Assembly: GCA_030704615.1 (NCBI GenBank) | Contig: CM060732.1 | Span: forward strand, 39,060,001-39,124,000 | From: Takakia lepidozioides | Taxonomy: Eukaryota > Plantae > Bryophyta | Direction: 5' to 3' | Length of the DNA: 64,000 bases | In this document: positions 37,323 through 48,425 of the stretch, piece after piece | Position numbering within the stretch: the first letter of the stretch is position 1 | How the letters are laid out: every line of letters starts with the position of its first letter | Notes under the pieces: model-generated | What the model saw: only the letters and a program-made list of their open reading frames with translations | What the model was told of the DNA's origin: nothing | Databases searched by the model: none | Translations under genes and position numbers: made by a program

Positions 37323-37762
37323 TCTAGAAATTGAAAAGAAGACATAACAATTATACTAATCACAAGCCCATAAGCTATATCTTAGAGATGATCATTCTAA
37401 ACCCATATTTATCATAAGCCAAGGGAGGGTCAGGACCCCACAACACCTTTTAAAAGGGAAGAATCGGTAGCCATCATTTCACTCTCTTATAGATGACAGA
37501 ATGAGAAGTAACACAAGTTAAAGCCTTGAGTTGGTACCCTCACTAGATGGTCATCTTCTAGATAGTTTGTCCATCTGTATCTACTTAGAGAAGCTTCATG
37601 CCGTGATTAGGACATAGGTTCCACTAGAAGGCTCCACTTGAATTTGTCGAAGAATTCCAGCCCTTGCTTTCCTAGGATTAAGGACCTACTCTAAAATGTG
37701 TGAGAGAAAGAGAAAGAGAGAAAGAGAGATTCAATTTAAAGTTGAATTAAAATGAATGAGTA

Positions 37763-37765
<3 letters not shown>

Positions 37766-37800
<35 letters not shown>

Positions 37801-37820
37801 TGTGTGTGTGTGTGTGTGTG
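37766..37820 (+). repeat. (GA)n(TG)n microsatellite
   Basis: Read directly from the sequence. Confidence 0.9.
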
Positions 37821-38094
37821 CATGTGTGAGAGAGAAAGAGAGTATTTACAAGTAGGTAGTCAACAAAAACAAAAACAAAAAGATCATGAAATCACCTTGT
37901 ATTTGTGGTTGTTGTTTCCTTCTCTCCTTCCACCTCCTCTGTCACCTCCTCTGCCACCTCTTGTGCACTAATAGCTGCTGAAAGGTACTGGAACTCGAAA
38001 GCCGGAAGCAAAGCTCGTCGCCGTTGAGGAGCGCGAGCACGAAATTGAAATTAGGGATTTCAATTTTTTGACTAACCGTAATTAAAAATGGACT

Positions 38095-38285
38095 ATGGGT
38101 TAGTTGAGGGTTAGGTTAGGGTTTCAGTTTGGTTAGGTCAGGTCGGGTTAGGGTGAGGGGTAGGTTAGGTTGGGCTTGGGTCAGGTCGGGTTGGGTCAGG
38201 TTAGGGTTGAGGGTCAGGTCAGATTGGGGTTAGGTTAGGTTAGTTGGGGGTTAGGCCAGGAGGGTCTCGGGCAGAAGGTTAGGGG
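38095..38285 (+). repeat. Degenerate telomere-like (TTAGGG/TTAGG/TCAGG)n array in the right TIR
   Basis: The sequence reads gggttagttgagggttaggttaggg...gggttagggtgaggg, mirroring 29767-29895. Confidence 0.85.
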
Positions 38286-38439
38286 CGGGCAGGAATGAGG
38301 AGGGGCTGCAGGTCAAGGGCCCCAAGCGTGCGGGGCCCGTGACAGGAGGGGCTGTCACCTCTGCAGCGTGTGGCCTCATAACGACGAGGCCACACAAAAT
38401 TCTGAGCGGCCAACCCTGTGCGCGGCCATAGGGCTCGGC

Positions 38440-38719
38440 CTGACGGTCCCAATGTTTTTTTTTTCAAATTTGGAAAAGAACAGGAGTGGCTACTGAGTTT
38501 TGCAAGAAATAGCCATATTTTCTGCTCATCCACTGAAATTTGGACAGAATCATCCTCCTCTGTACTTTCATCCATATTAGGCGAATCATCCAAGATTTAT
38601 ATTTTGTTTTGAGACTTTTGGCGATTTTATCCATGAGAAAATAAGGAATTTACGACAGAATATTCGATTTTGATTTTTGAGGTCGAAAAAGTGCAAAATT
38701 TCGCCAGAAATAAACACTA
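38440..38719. mobile_element. Probable MITE in the outer right TIR
   Basis: It has imperfect inverted ends CAATGTTTTTTT / AAATAAACACTA and an AT-rich interior that interrupts GC-rich TIR sequence. The TSD is only loosely matched. Confidence 0.4.
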
Positions 38720-39042
38720 ACGGGCTCGCCCAAAGGCAGCTTACAGAGCCGAATCGGCCAATCACGTCCCGTTCTCTAGTAATAAGGCCCATGACACACG
38801 AGCGGTAGGAAATTGTCGCGTTTTAAATATCAAAGGCTAGGAGTTTTGCCTATATATAGGTCCACATCAACCTACATCAACGATAAAATCTTGGCTGGCT
38901 ACCACACGGGAAAGATAGAAGGATGCCATACCACTTCTAGACTTAAGTGGAAGAACGAGTTGCATAGCAATAAAAGATTTAATAGTTTATCTTTATATTT
39001 TAATCATTTTTAAGTTATTTTTAGTATTCATCTTTTTAGTCA

Positions 39043-39247
39043 TTATTTATTTATTTATTTTAAAGAAAACCTGGGAGCGACAGCCCACAATTCAGGCCCT
39101 TGAGAAGGGGGAAAAATTAACCCCCTTTCATTTATGGGCCATGTGGCCTACAGGACAAACGCCCATATACCGTCAAGAACACTCCCACACTGAACCCCGA
39201 ACCACCAAGGCAACACACTGTGCACTTACCAGCGGAGCTACTAGCCG
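39043..39247 (-). mobile_element. tRNA-derived SINE, copy A
   Basis: Head TAGTAGCTCCGCTGGTAAGTGCAC (A-box), a B-box-like GGGGTTCAG, a 3' body AAGGGCCTGAATTGTGGGCTGTCGCTCCCAGGT and an (AAAT)n tail. It is homologous to 58702-58908. Confidence 0.75.
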
Positions 39248-39412
39248 ATGTACAGCTCATTAGAATCATTGAAGCTTATATTACTATACGAATTAAATCA
39301 ACACATATTTGCTATTAAAAATAATAATACAAAATTAGTCAAAATTTAACTTTTATACAACCAGTCACTTGTAACAACACAATGCTCTTAAGCATGTAAC
39401 AATCAAGTATGT

Positions 39413-39445
<33 letters not shown>

Positions 39446-40004
39446 AGATCTATCACACAACATTCAGTCTCATTTTCATATTCTAAACATCTACAGATCG
39501 GACATGTAACAATCTGATTATAAGTATTTCAATATATTTTTTTCTTTCTACTGTAATTAATTAAGAGAGATGGACTATAGGCAACATTGTCAATAATTGC
39601 GGAAGATGTACAGATCTGTTGGAAGAGGCTAAGCGAGATCATGAGAGACTTGAAAACTTTAAAAGAAAAGAATATTTCCTAAGGGAAATAGAAAAAAATA
39701 TAAAGTACTATAATAAATGTATCAACTTAGGTCAAATATACTATTTATTGGTATGTACCGACAAAATTGGTAGGTTGTCATCATTTATTATAATTAAAAC
39801 AAAACTTTATTTTCGATAAACGTTCATATATCCATTTGTAATGCACTAACATCCTTTTTTGAAATAAACCTTGACGTGTTAGTACCTATGTTAAAAATAG
39901 AAAAATAATAAGATATTATTTATAATTGCCCTTAGGAGTCCTAAAGGGGGGGGGATGGAAATATGTAAATTATTATTTATAATTGCCCTTAGGACTGCTT
40001 AGGA

Positions 40005-40985
40005 AACAGCTACACAGACAGTTAACCAAGCCTTCCGCCCCTCAGTCAACAGATCTTGGTAAATATTGAATAATACCGATTTGCCCCTGCGGGGTTTTCC
40101 CTCATAAACCCAAGCACATCTTGTTTTCCATAAGTTCCACAAAGTAAGCGTTCTAAGAGCAGCCTAAACCGGGCAGACTGACCCCCATTGAAATTCAGAA
40201 ACAACAGAGAAGGTGGGGGGGGGGGAGAGAGGGGAAGCTATTCCAGCGGGAGTAGAAACCAAGAACCAAGTGCCAGACTCTAAGAGCCAGATTGCAGAAT
40301 ATCAGGCAGTGTTCAATGGATTCGGGAGAAGAACCGCACAGAGAGCAGTTAGGGTTGTCTTCGTAGAATTCTATGCGCGATTTTGCATAGAAAACCGGAT
40401 AGCCTGGCTGGTCTGTTTTTTCTCCAGATTTTGTCCCATCCATGGTGGTCTAGCAGCGAGATGTTCCATTTTGCTTTCCACTTGAACTCAAACGAAAGGA
40501 GGGGGGTTAAAAAAGAGGGTATCCCTTTTTCACAGAGTACGCAAAGAAAGGGGTCTTATCCATCCATCTTATCTTATCCATCCATCTCACTCCCTGGGAT
40601 CGAATTGCAGGTCCACCAGTGGGCAGCTCAAAAACCAGGTGAGGTTTTCTTGCCTTGCCCATTGGGTCTCCATGCCTTGCGGGAGCGGCGGGTTTGGGTT
40701 GCCCAGATTATCCAGAACTCTGATGTGAAAAAGTCCGCTTTATCTGCTTCCATTCTTCTTTGATACTGAAGAAGACCTTTCTCATCTGCAGAAAATCCCA
40801 AACCTGTTGCTCTAACACCTTGGCAGGTTGTGACCAGCATGACAGGGGTCTGAATCTGTTGACTGGTGGCCATCCAAGTGGGTATCTTTATGACCAATAC
40901 ATCGGCTAGGAGAGATTCCATGTACTGAGGCACATTTGCCAGAATGGTGTCCCGGGTTTTAGCTCTTATGTGCCCAACCATGGTG
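40005..40985 (-). mobile_element. L1-like LINE ORF2 3' remnant
   Basis: A zf-RVT-type CSLCGSSPESIEHCLIFC...VW motif and a downstream ELWKTRC motif, both degenerate. Confidence 0.7.
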
Positions 40986-41164
40986 TAATCTTTAAGTTGT
41001 ATATACTATATTGATTCATGCTTGAATATCGTATACACTATAGATTATGATATAACATTCAAGTGGCATAATCACAGTGTAATGAATTTTGATAATTTCT
41101 TGGAAATATAAGATAGTGTTTTTGGTAGTTATTTGATAGTGTGTCAAATATGTTAGAATAAAGA

Positions 41165-42110
41165 AAAATAGAAAGTGAAAAGGAAAAAAAAACAAAAAAA
41201 ACAAATGAAGGCTACTTAGATGAACTAGGAGACATTTCTATTTTGCCACAGAACCGAAAGAACAAAGAAATATAAACAAACAAACATCAGCAAAGAAGAA
41301 AGACAAACAAAGAGGAAAGAAACAAAACGAGAAAGAAGAAGAGAAAGAAAGAATGGAAAGTTCTATTTTGCTGTACAATTCACACAGAAATACAAAGAAT
41401 AGAGATTGGAAAGAATATAAACAAAGAGGAAAGAACAAAACGAAAGAGAAATAACGAATAGAAAGTTTTATTCCGCTGAACAACTCACACAGAAATACAA
41501 AGAACAGAGATCAGAAAGAAACATAAACAAAAAACAGAAAGTGAAAGAAAAAAACAAATGAAGGCTACTGAGAAAAACTAACAGAGAGTTCTATTTTGCC
41601 ACAGAACCGAAAGAACAAAGAAACATAAACAAACAACAGAAGCAAAGAAGAAACACAAACGATGACAAAGGAGCAGAACAGAGAGACAATTTTATTCTAT
41701 ACAAAAAGCTTGCTTGTAGAAGAAAGTGAAGGAAATGATCCTCGTTCTGCATACTTATAGAGTTTTCAAAGGAAAAAAAAACAACAGAATGAAAGAGAAA
41801 AATGAAGAGAAAGTTCTATTCTATCGAAAAACTCACACAGAAAGACAAAGAATAGAGATTAGAAAGAAACATAAACAGAAAATCAAAAGTGAAGAACAAA
41901 GACAAATGAAACTACTGAAAAGAACTAAAAAACATTGCAAAAGAACCGAAAGGACAGAGAAACATAAACAAGCAACAGAAACAAAGAAGAAACATAGAAA
42001 CAAAGGTAAAAGAGCAAAACTGAGAGATGGTTCTATTGTCTAAAAAAAACTTGCGGAAGAAATAGAAGAAAACGATCCTCGTTTTCTATATACTTATAGG
42101 GAAAAAAATG
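41165..42110 (+). repeat. About three imperfect ~350-bp A-rich tandem duplications
   Basis: AAATGAA(GG/A)CTACT and AGAACCGAAAG landmarks recur near 41203, 41556 and 41904. Confidence 0.7.
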
Positions 42111-42409
42111 AGGTACAGTCTAAAAAGAATGAATGAAAAATAAAATAATTGGATGAAAACATAATGAAAAGTTGATATTTATTAACCTTATCCAACACAC
42201 TTTTTGAATAATAACTAACAAGGTTTATTTAAAAATGGATGTCGGTGCATTACAAATAGCTGTATGAATGTTTATCGAAGACAAAATCTTGTTTTAATTG
42301 TAATAAATGTGTCACCTACAAATCTTGTCGGTACATACCAAGAAATAGTATATGTGATTCTTAAATGTAATGGTCAAAGTTGATATATTTATTATAGTAT
42401 ATATATGTA

Positions 42410-43520
42410 TATTTCCCTTAGGACTCCTTAGGACCGCCCTAAGGAGTCTTAATGACAATTATAAATAACAAAATACATCTTTCTATTTTCCCCCTCTTAG
42501 GAGACTATTATAAATAATAATTTACATCTTTCAATTTTCTCCTTCTCAAGGTTTCTTAGGGCAATTATAGATAATAATTTATATGTTTCTATTTTTCCCC
42601 TCTTATAACCTCTTAGGTTGCCTAAACGGGTCTTAAAGGAAATTATTTATGTCTTTCCATTTTTCTCATCTTATGACTCCTCAGGACTGTCCTATGAAGC
42701 CCTAAGGGTAATTATATATAAGAATTTATACGTTTTTTATTTTTCACTATCTTAGGACTCCTTAGGGCTGCCTGAGGAGTCCTAAGGGCAATTATAAATA
42801 ATAATTTATACGTTTCTATTTTCCCCCTCTTATAACCCCTTAGGCTGCCTAAACGGGTCTTAATTTTTCTCCTCTTAGGACTCCTTATGACTGTCTAAGA
42901 AGCCCTAAGGATAATTATAAATAATAATTTACATGTTTTCATTTTTCCCTCTCTTAGGACTCCTTAGGGCCGCCCTAAGGAGTCCTAAGGGAAATTATAA
43001 TAATAATTTATATATTTCCATTTTCCCCTCTTAGGACTCCTTAGGGCAGTCCTAAGGAGTCCTAAGGGCAATTATTGATAATAATTATATGTTCCATTTT
43101 TTCCCTCTCATAAATCCTTAGGTTGTCTAAACGGGTCTTAAGGGCAATTATTTATGTCTTTCCATTTTTCTCCTCTTAGGACTCCTTAGGACTACCCTAA
43201 GAAGTCCTAAGGGTAATTATAAATAATAATTTATATGTTTTTATTTACCTATAATTTATATATTTCCATTTTCCCCTCTTAGGACTCCTTATGGCAGTCC
43301 TAAGGAGTCCTAAGGGCAATTATAGATAATAATTTACATGTTTCCATTTCTCCCCTCTTATAACCCTTTAGGCTACCTAAACGGGTCTTAAGGGCAAATA
43401 TTTATGTCTTTCCATTTTTTTCCTCTTAGGACTCCTTAGGAGTGTCCTAAGAAGTTCTAAGGGTAATTATAAATAATAATATATATGTTTTCATTTCCCC
43501 CCACTTATGACTCCTTAAGG
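42410..43520. repeat. Palindromic minisatellite (unit ~75 bp) with CTTAGGACTCCTTAGG-N5-CCTAAGGAGTCCTAAG dyads
   Basis: There is a perfect dyad at about 43030-43066 and many degenerate copies. Reverse-oriented units occur at 39890-40005. Confidence 0.85.
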
Positions 43521-44729
43521 CCGCCCCAGAACTTCGGAGCAGCGAGGGAGGAAATTGCTTCAAGACTTCCATGACACCTGGGGCAAAAACAACATGCCCG
43601 GCGCCGATATTTCCAACTCTAAATTCACTTGGCAACATTCCATCCCCTCTCAATGGGAGATCACCTGGTGACGGTTATGAGGGAGATTGCAACTGGCGCC
43701 ATAAACGTGCTAGAGCCCCCAAATTCCGCGCGCAGCTTAAGTTCTAGAAGTCTGGCATCTGCATTAGCCTCTTCGACAGTTCTGAGTTGCATCACCCTCA
43801 AAATCTACTTCCACCATCCCCTGACATCCCTTGCTGGTTTCAAGTCTTTTTCAAGACTTAGCTCATTATTTTTTCCTGGCATTGTCTACTTCTCTACAGT
43901 GAATCCCTGCGTCTAATCTCCCCCCACCCTACCACATCTCTCTTGGTCCCCCGCACCACTCTCTCGACCCCTCCCTCTCAAAGTCATCTCTTTGGGTTAC
44001 CTTGCTCCTTTCCCTTAGCATGTTCGCTATGGTTCCGGGGAAGTTCCCCCTCAGTAAGCCTCACGGCCTCCCCCGGGTCGTTATTTCTTCCACCCCTGTG
44101 TAACTCTTTCTTATTAATTTGATCAACAGGGCTTCTGTCCATTTTCTTAAAAATAAAAATAATTTAAAATAATTATAATCAGAATTATATATATAATATA
44201 AATAAGTATATGAAAAACAAATATTTATATTATATTAAATAAATGAATTTAATAATAAATAAATATATTGTAAAATCTAGCTATAATCTAACAACTTCGC
44301 TACATAAATCAACTATCATTCTATCTATCAACCAGTCAATTATCGTTCCATCCATTATCATAAATAAATCATTATCAGTTACAATCATGTGTTATTTTTA
44401 CTTACTAAATAATTATTTATTCATATCACTTTATATCTTATCACTAAATTTTCATATTTAAAATTTAGAATTTAGAATATTTATATAAATTTAATTAAAA
44501 TAACTAAAATTATAATACATTTATTTATTTAAACATAATGATTATATATTATAAACATAAAAATATTATCAATGAAAAACTTCAAATATTTTAAATATAC
44601 TATTTATATTAACGAATTTATTTAACGCATAATAGATACATACTATGTATGTATATATATATAAATACTTTAAATATAAATCAATATATACTATATACTA
44701 TATTATACTATATTATATCAAATAGCAAT

Positions 44730-45280
44730 ATAGTTTATTCTGTTTTCTTGCTCTAAGTAATGCTTATACTTAGAGCGAATGTAAATAGCAATTTATCTTT
44801 TTTTATTTTCTTACTCTAAGTAATACCTAGATCGAATGTAAATAGCAAATTAGTTTTTTCTGTTTTTCCACTCTAAAAAACCCCTAGAGCGGCTCTAACG
44901 GATTCTTAGAGCGAATATAAATAGCAATTTAGTTTTTTCTGTTTTCCCGCTGTATGAAATCCTTAGAGTGGCTTAGAGCGGCTATAAGGGATCCTTAGAA
45001 CGAACGTAAATAGCAGTTTAGCTTGTTCTATTTTCCCAATCTAACAATCCTTACATTGGCTCTAAGGATATTAAGGGATCGTTAGAATAAATGTAAAAAA
45101 TATGTTAAGGTTTACCTTCTTCATCATGGTTGACCCATTTGTTTTCCCGCTCTATGAAATCCTTACAAGCTTAGAATCCTTACAACGAACGTAAATAGTA
45201 AATTAGTTTTTTTTATGTTTCCAATTTAAGAGATCCTTACATTGGCTCTAAGGGATCATTAGAATAAATGTAAACAATAT
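44730..45280. repeat. Second palindromic minisatellite (CTCTAAG...CTTAGAG dyads plus a GAATGTAAATAGCAA spacer)
   Basis: Repeated units of roughly 60-75 bp lie upstream of the Harbinger ORF. Confidence 0.7.
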
Positions 45281-45598
45281 GTTAGGGTTTTTCTTCTTGG
45301 TCATGGTTGACTCTTGAGGCCGTATGAGATTTAACTCTTCCTCCCCTTCAATAATTCAACTATTAACAATATAGTTATTTGGTTTAAAATAATGTGATTT
45401 TTTGGCTAAAATATATTAGGGTTTAGCCACAACTTGTCAACGTGGCCTTCTGTCAACAAAAACTTGGCACTAGCTGGCATCCTAAAGAAGCGGCAACGGC
45501 AATGGTTTCCCACCATAATCCAAATCGCTCCTGTTTTCTAGGAAGAAGAGAAGCCTTACGTTCGGTTTTTTTCACCCAGCCAAGTCCATGCACAGAGC

Positions 45599-46343
45599 AT
45601 GAGAGAGAGTCTGTGTACAGACAATCTTCTATGCATTGACTTCACTTCATTTGTTATGGATTCAGGTAGGAGAGCGTTGTTTGTTGCATTGGCAAAGCAG
45701 ATGGCATTACTCTATGTCATGGAAATCATTTCATCTTGGAACGAGGCGTTCACGATGGATCATCTTGAAAAGGTCGCTACGTTGTTGCTGTGTTATCAAA
45801 CGTGGACACTTTCAAGAAACAGTCGTCTACGGCCAAAATCGTACTGGGCTCGGGAAAGGAACTTGTCATTTGTAGATTCTAGTTTACTGGGATCATTCAC
45901 TGCATATGAATTTAAAAACAGGATGCGAATGTCTAGAGCTACTTTTGAATTCATCTGTGCCAAACTTGCTCCAATGCTGCACAAACGTGACACCAATATG
46001 AGAAGAGCGGTACCTGTGGAAACAAGGGTAGCTATCTCCATTGCTCGGTTGGCTGCTGGAAGTGGGATGCATATGATTGCAGATCTCTATGGGGTAGGTT
46101 TATCAACCAGCCAGAAGATTGTGGTGGATTTTCTTAAAGCACTCAAATCGATTTTACTGAATGCTTATATCAAATGGCCATCTACCGCAATGATGCAGCA
46201 AATTTCAAAAGAGATTGAAAATATTTATGGCATCCCTTTTGTTGTGGGAGCAGTCTATGGTTCCCACATTCCAATCATCCCACCACGTGATCATGCTGCT
46301 GATTATTACAACAGAAAGCAATTTTACTACAGGGTGTTGCTTT
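45599..46343 (+). pseudogene. PIF/Harbinger transposase, truncated, with the first catalytic Asp changed to Tyr
   Basis: Motifs FKNRMRMSRATFEFIC, AVPVETRVAI, IADLYGVGLST, VVGAVYGSHIPI (normally GA.DG.HI) and DYYNRKQFY, after which homology ends. Confidence 0.88.
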
Positions 46344-47261
46344 GTCTTGCCGCTTAATAAGGGCTGCATTTCCCACCCCCCTCTACAATCTCTTCTTCAC
46401 TTCAAGCTCTCCCTCCTTGCTCGACCCCCTCAGCCCCCTCTCTTCGGCATTCATCTCTTCCAAGTTTGGATACGAAGACCTCGAGCAACACGTTTCCATT
46501 CACAGAGTGAATCGTTGATGGTATTCATCTATGAGAGAGAGAGAGAGAGATTGCGCTGCGCGAGAGGGCGAATGCGATGAGGTGGAGAGAAAAGACGGAG
46601 GTACTAGAATTGCGCATTGGAAAGGGTTGGTAGGATGAATTCATGTGGCTCGGGGACGCTTTGATGCACATTAGAAGGCCTGATGTAGGGCATTGGAGAA
46701 GCTATTGAGGGGAGTAAGGTATCCGTAGTAGTCATGGAGAAAATATCAGTGTCGATGTCGATACGAGTACGGCCTGCCTCTGAGCAAGCAGGAGCACATG
46801 GGAGTCCGTGGAAACTTGAACAAGACTCAGTTGCTCTTTGCAATGCCTCCGGGTACCCTGTATCCGGCCAGTCGTACAAATTCGGTATGCGTTCTTCCCA
46901 TATGTCTTGGTTCTGTAATGTTTGTAGCTCCTTGTCGACGATGCTGCAGTTAGGCGTGGCCAATGTTTTGCGATACCTAGTCTCTCCGAGGGATTTGGCC
47001 TTCTGTGAATGTCCGTTTACCACTGGCTGCTATCAACATGAGAAAATATCCTGGTTGGAGACTACTCTAATGTAGACGAAGTTGCCCATGAGCGGCCAAC
47101 GCCGACCACAGCACATTTAGCAGTGGAATGAAGAGACCCGCAGCAGTTTCAAAGAGAGATTCACATAGCACGTCAAAGCTAGACAAAGAAACACTAAGCA
47201 CAATGTGCTTTGTTTGCCTGTTTAAAACGACATCAGACAGCCTAATCGAGGCACCATCAAA

Positions 47262-47535
47262 CTGTCTCTAATAACTTTGCAAAATATCTTGCCAACAACA
47301 TTGAGGAGCGTGATGCCACGGTAATTCCCCGGTTCTTCTCTGTCACCCTTCTTGTATAGATTGACATTAATGACCCTGTCGCCAGCAAAAGGGAACCATT
47401 TCAGTCTTCCAAATAAGGTTAAAGAGTAGAATTAGGGCCTCTCTCATGGAATCGCCACCGTGCTTGATAAGCTCATTGACAATGCCATCAGGTCCACCAG
47501 CTTTATATCCGTTTAAATGCTCAATTATGTCAGCC
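47262..47535 (-). mobile_element. Non-LTR retrotransposon RT N-terminal fragment
   Basis: KAGGPDGIVNELIK...LFNLIW...W....VNLYKKGDREEPGNYRGITLLNVVGKIF. Confidence 0.88.
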
Positions 47536-47656
47536 AACATACTCATTGAGTACGAGGAACTCTGCAAAACCCCTAGAGACATGATATCTTACTGACAAGA
47601 ACATCTGACATGCACTTGAAATGTTGGCTACAAACATCAGCCCTCCCGTCAGACCA

Positions 47657-48330
47657 TCAATTAACTGTGAATAGGTAGGTGCCAAGGCGCAAGGCTGGAG
47701 CTGAAACCGTAGTGCCCTCAAGATCAAAAGCCCCTGTGCCCTGTAACATTAACGACAACCAACTTCTCCCTACCACGCCAGGGCCATGATGAAGCTCTGC
47801 ACTTCGAACACCAGAAAGAGGAAGATACAAACCAACTTCCAACCACGTTAATTCACGATGGTTTAGAAAACGTGACTTGATCGCCCTGGACGGTAGACGA
47901 TCTTCATTGCGTAGCTCAAATTCGCGCTTAGCAAGCTGTCTGGCCCCGGATATCACCGCACCAGGCTCAAGCAAAGGTCGTGTGAATAGGGCCTCGTGAT
48001 GACTGGTCAATGCAGCAAGATCACCTACAACAACTCTCTCTACCTCCATACCTCCGTTTATATATCCTTGCTGGAAAACTTGTTTTTAGGTGTACAAAGT
48101 GGCAATCAGATGCACACAGAGGTAGGCCCTTCTCAGAAACAGATCTGCCTCCTCGCTTTCACATTATAGGAAGCTACAGTAGAAGTAGGAAGAACACAAA
48201 TGTCTTCTCCATGTAGGTACAAGCTCATAGATCCATCAAACCAATGAGAGCAAAAACAATAAGCAACTGGGTCGTCCATGAAGTTTCCATATTCTGTCAA
48301 AAGGGGTAGAAGAATCGGCTGTTGAACCAT
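47657..48330 (-). pseudogene. Possible fragment of a conserved plant gene of unknown function
   Basis: Protein-like stretches RNEDRLPSRAI..RF.NH.E..WLEVGLYLPLSGV and PLLTEYGN; the family is not confidently recognised. Confidence 0.3.
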
Positions 48331-48425
48331 CAAAACAAACCTTCAGGATATATCTGCAGAATCTGTCGAAGCAATGAAATTCTCTTTAATTGCTATTGCT
48401 TGAATGTCTGGTGCTCTTGTTGCCA

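Larger units (their letters stand above)
29398..38770. mobile_element. Mutator-like DNA transposon with long TIRs and two convergent genes
   Basis: Inverted homology runs between about 29398-30125 and about 37845-38770. The element holds a DDE/SWIM transposase (+), a zinc-finger gene (-) and a central repeat array. Exact termini and TSD are not resolved. Confidence 0.85.

Noticed and set aside
29767-38285. True telomere or chromosome-fusion scar
   Set aside because: The arrays are short, degenerate and embedded symmetrically inside longer inverted repeats.
38720-38782. Helitron 3' end (CTAG|T)
   Set aside because: The preceding sequence matches the left outer TIR in inverted orientation, and no clear hairpin, 5' TC end or Rep/helicase is present.
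41238-42043. Lys-rich and Phe-rich ORFs
   Set aside because: They are by-products of an A-rich tandem duplication with no domain signal.
43530-44160. LINE 3' remnant with an A-rich tail
   Set aside because: The composition is suggestive, but no diagnostic motif or TSD was found.
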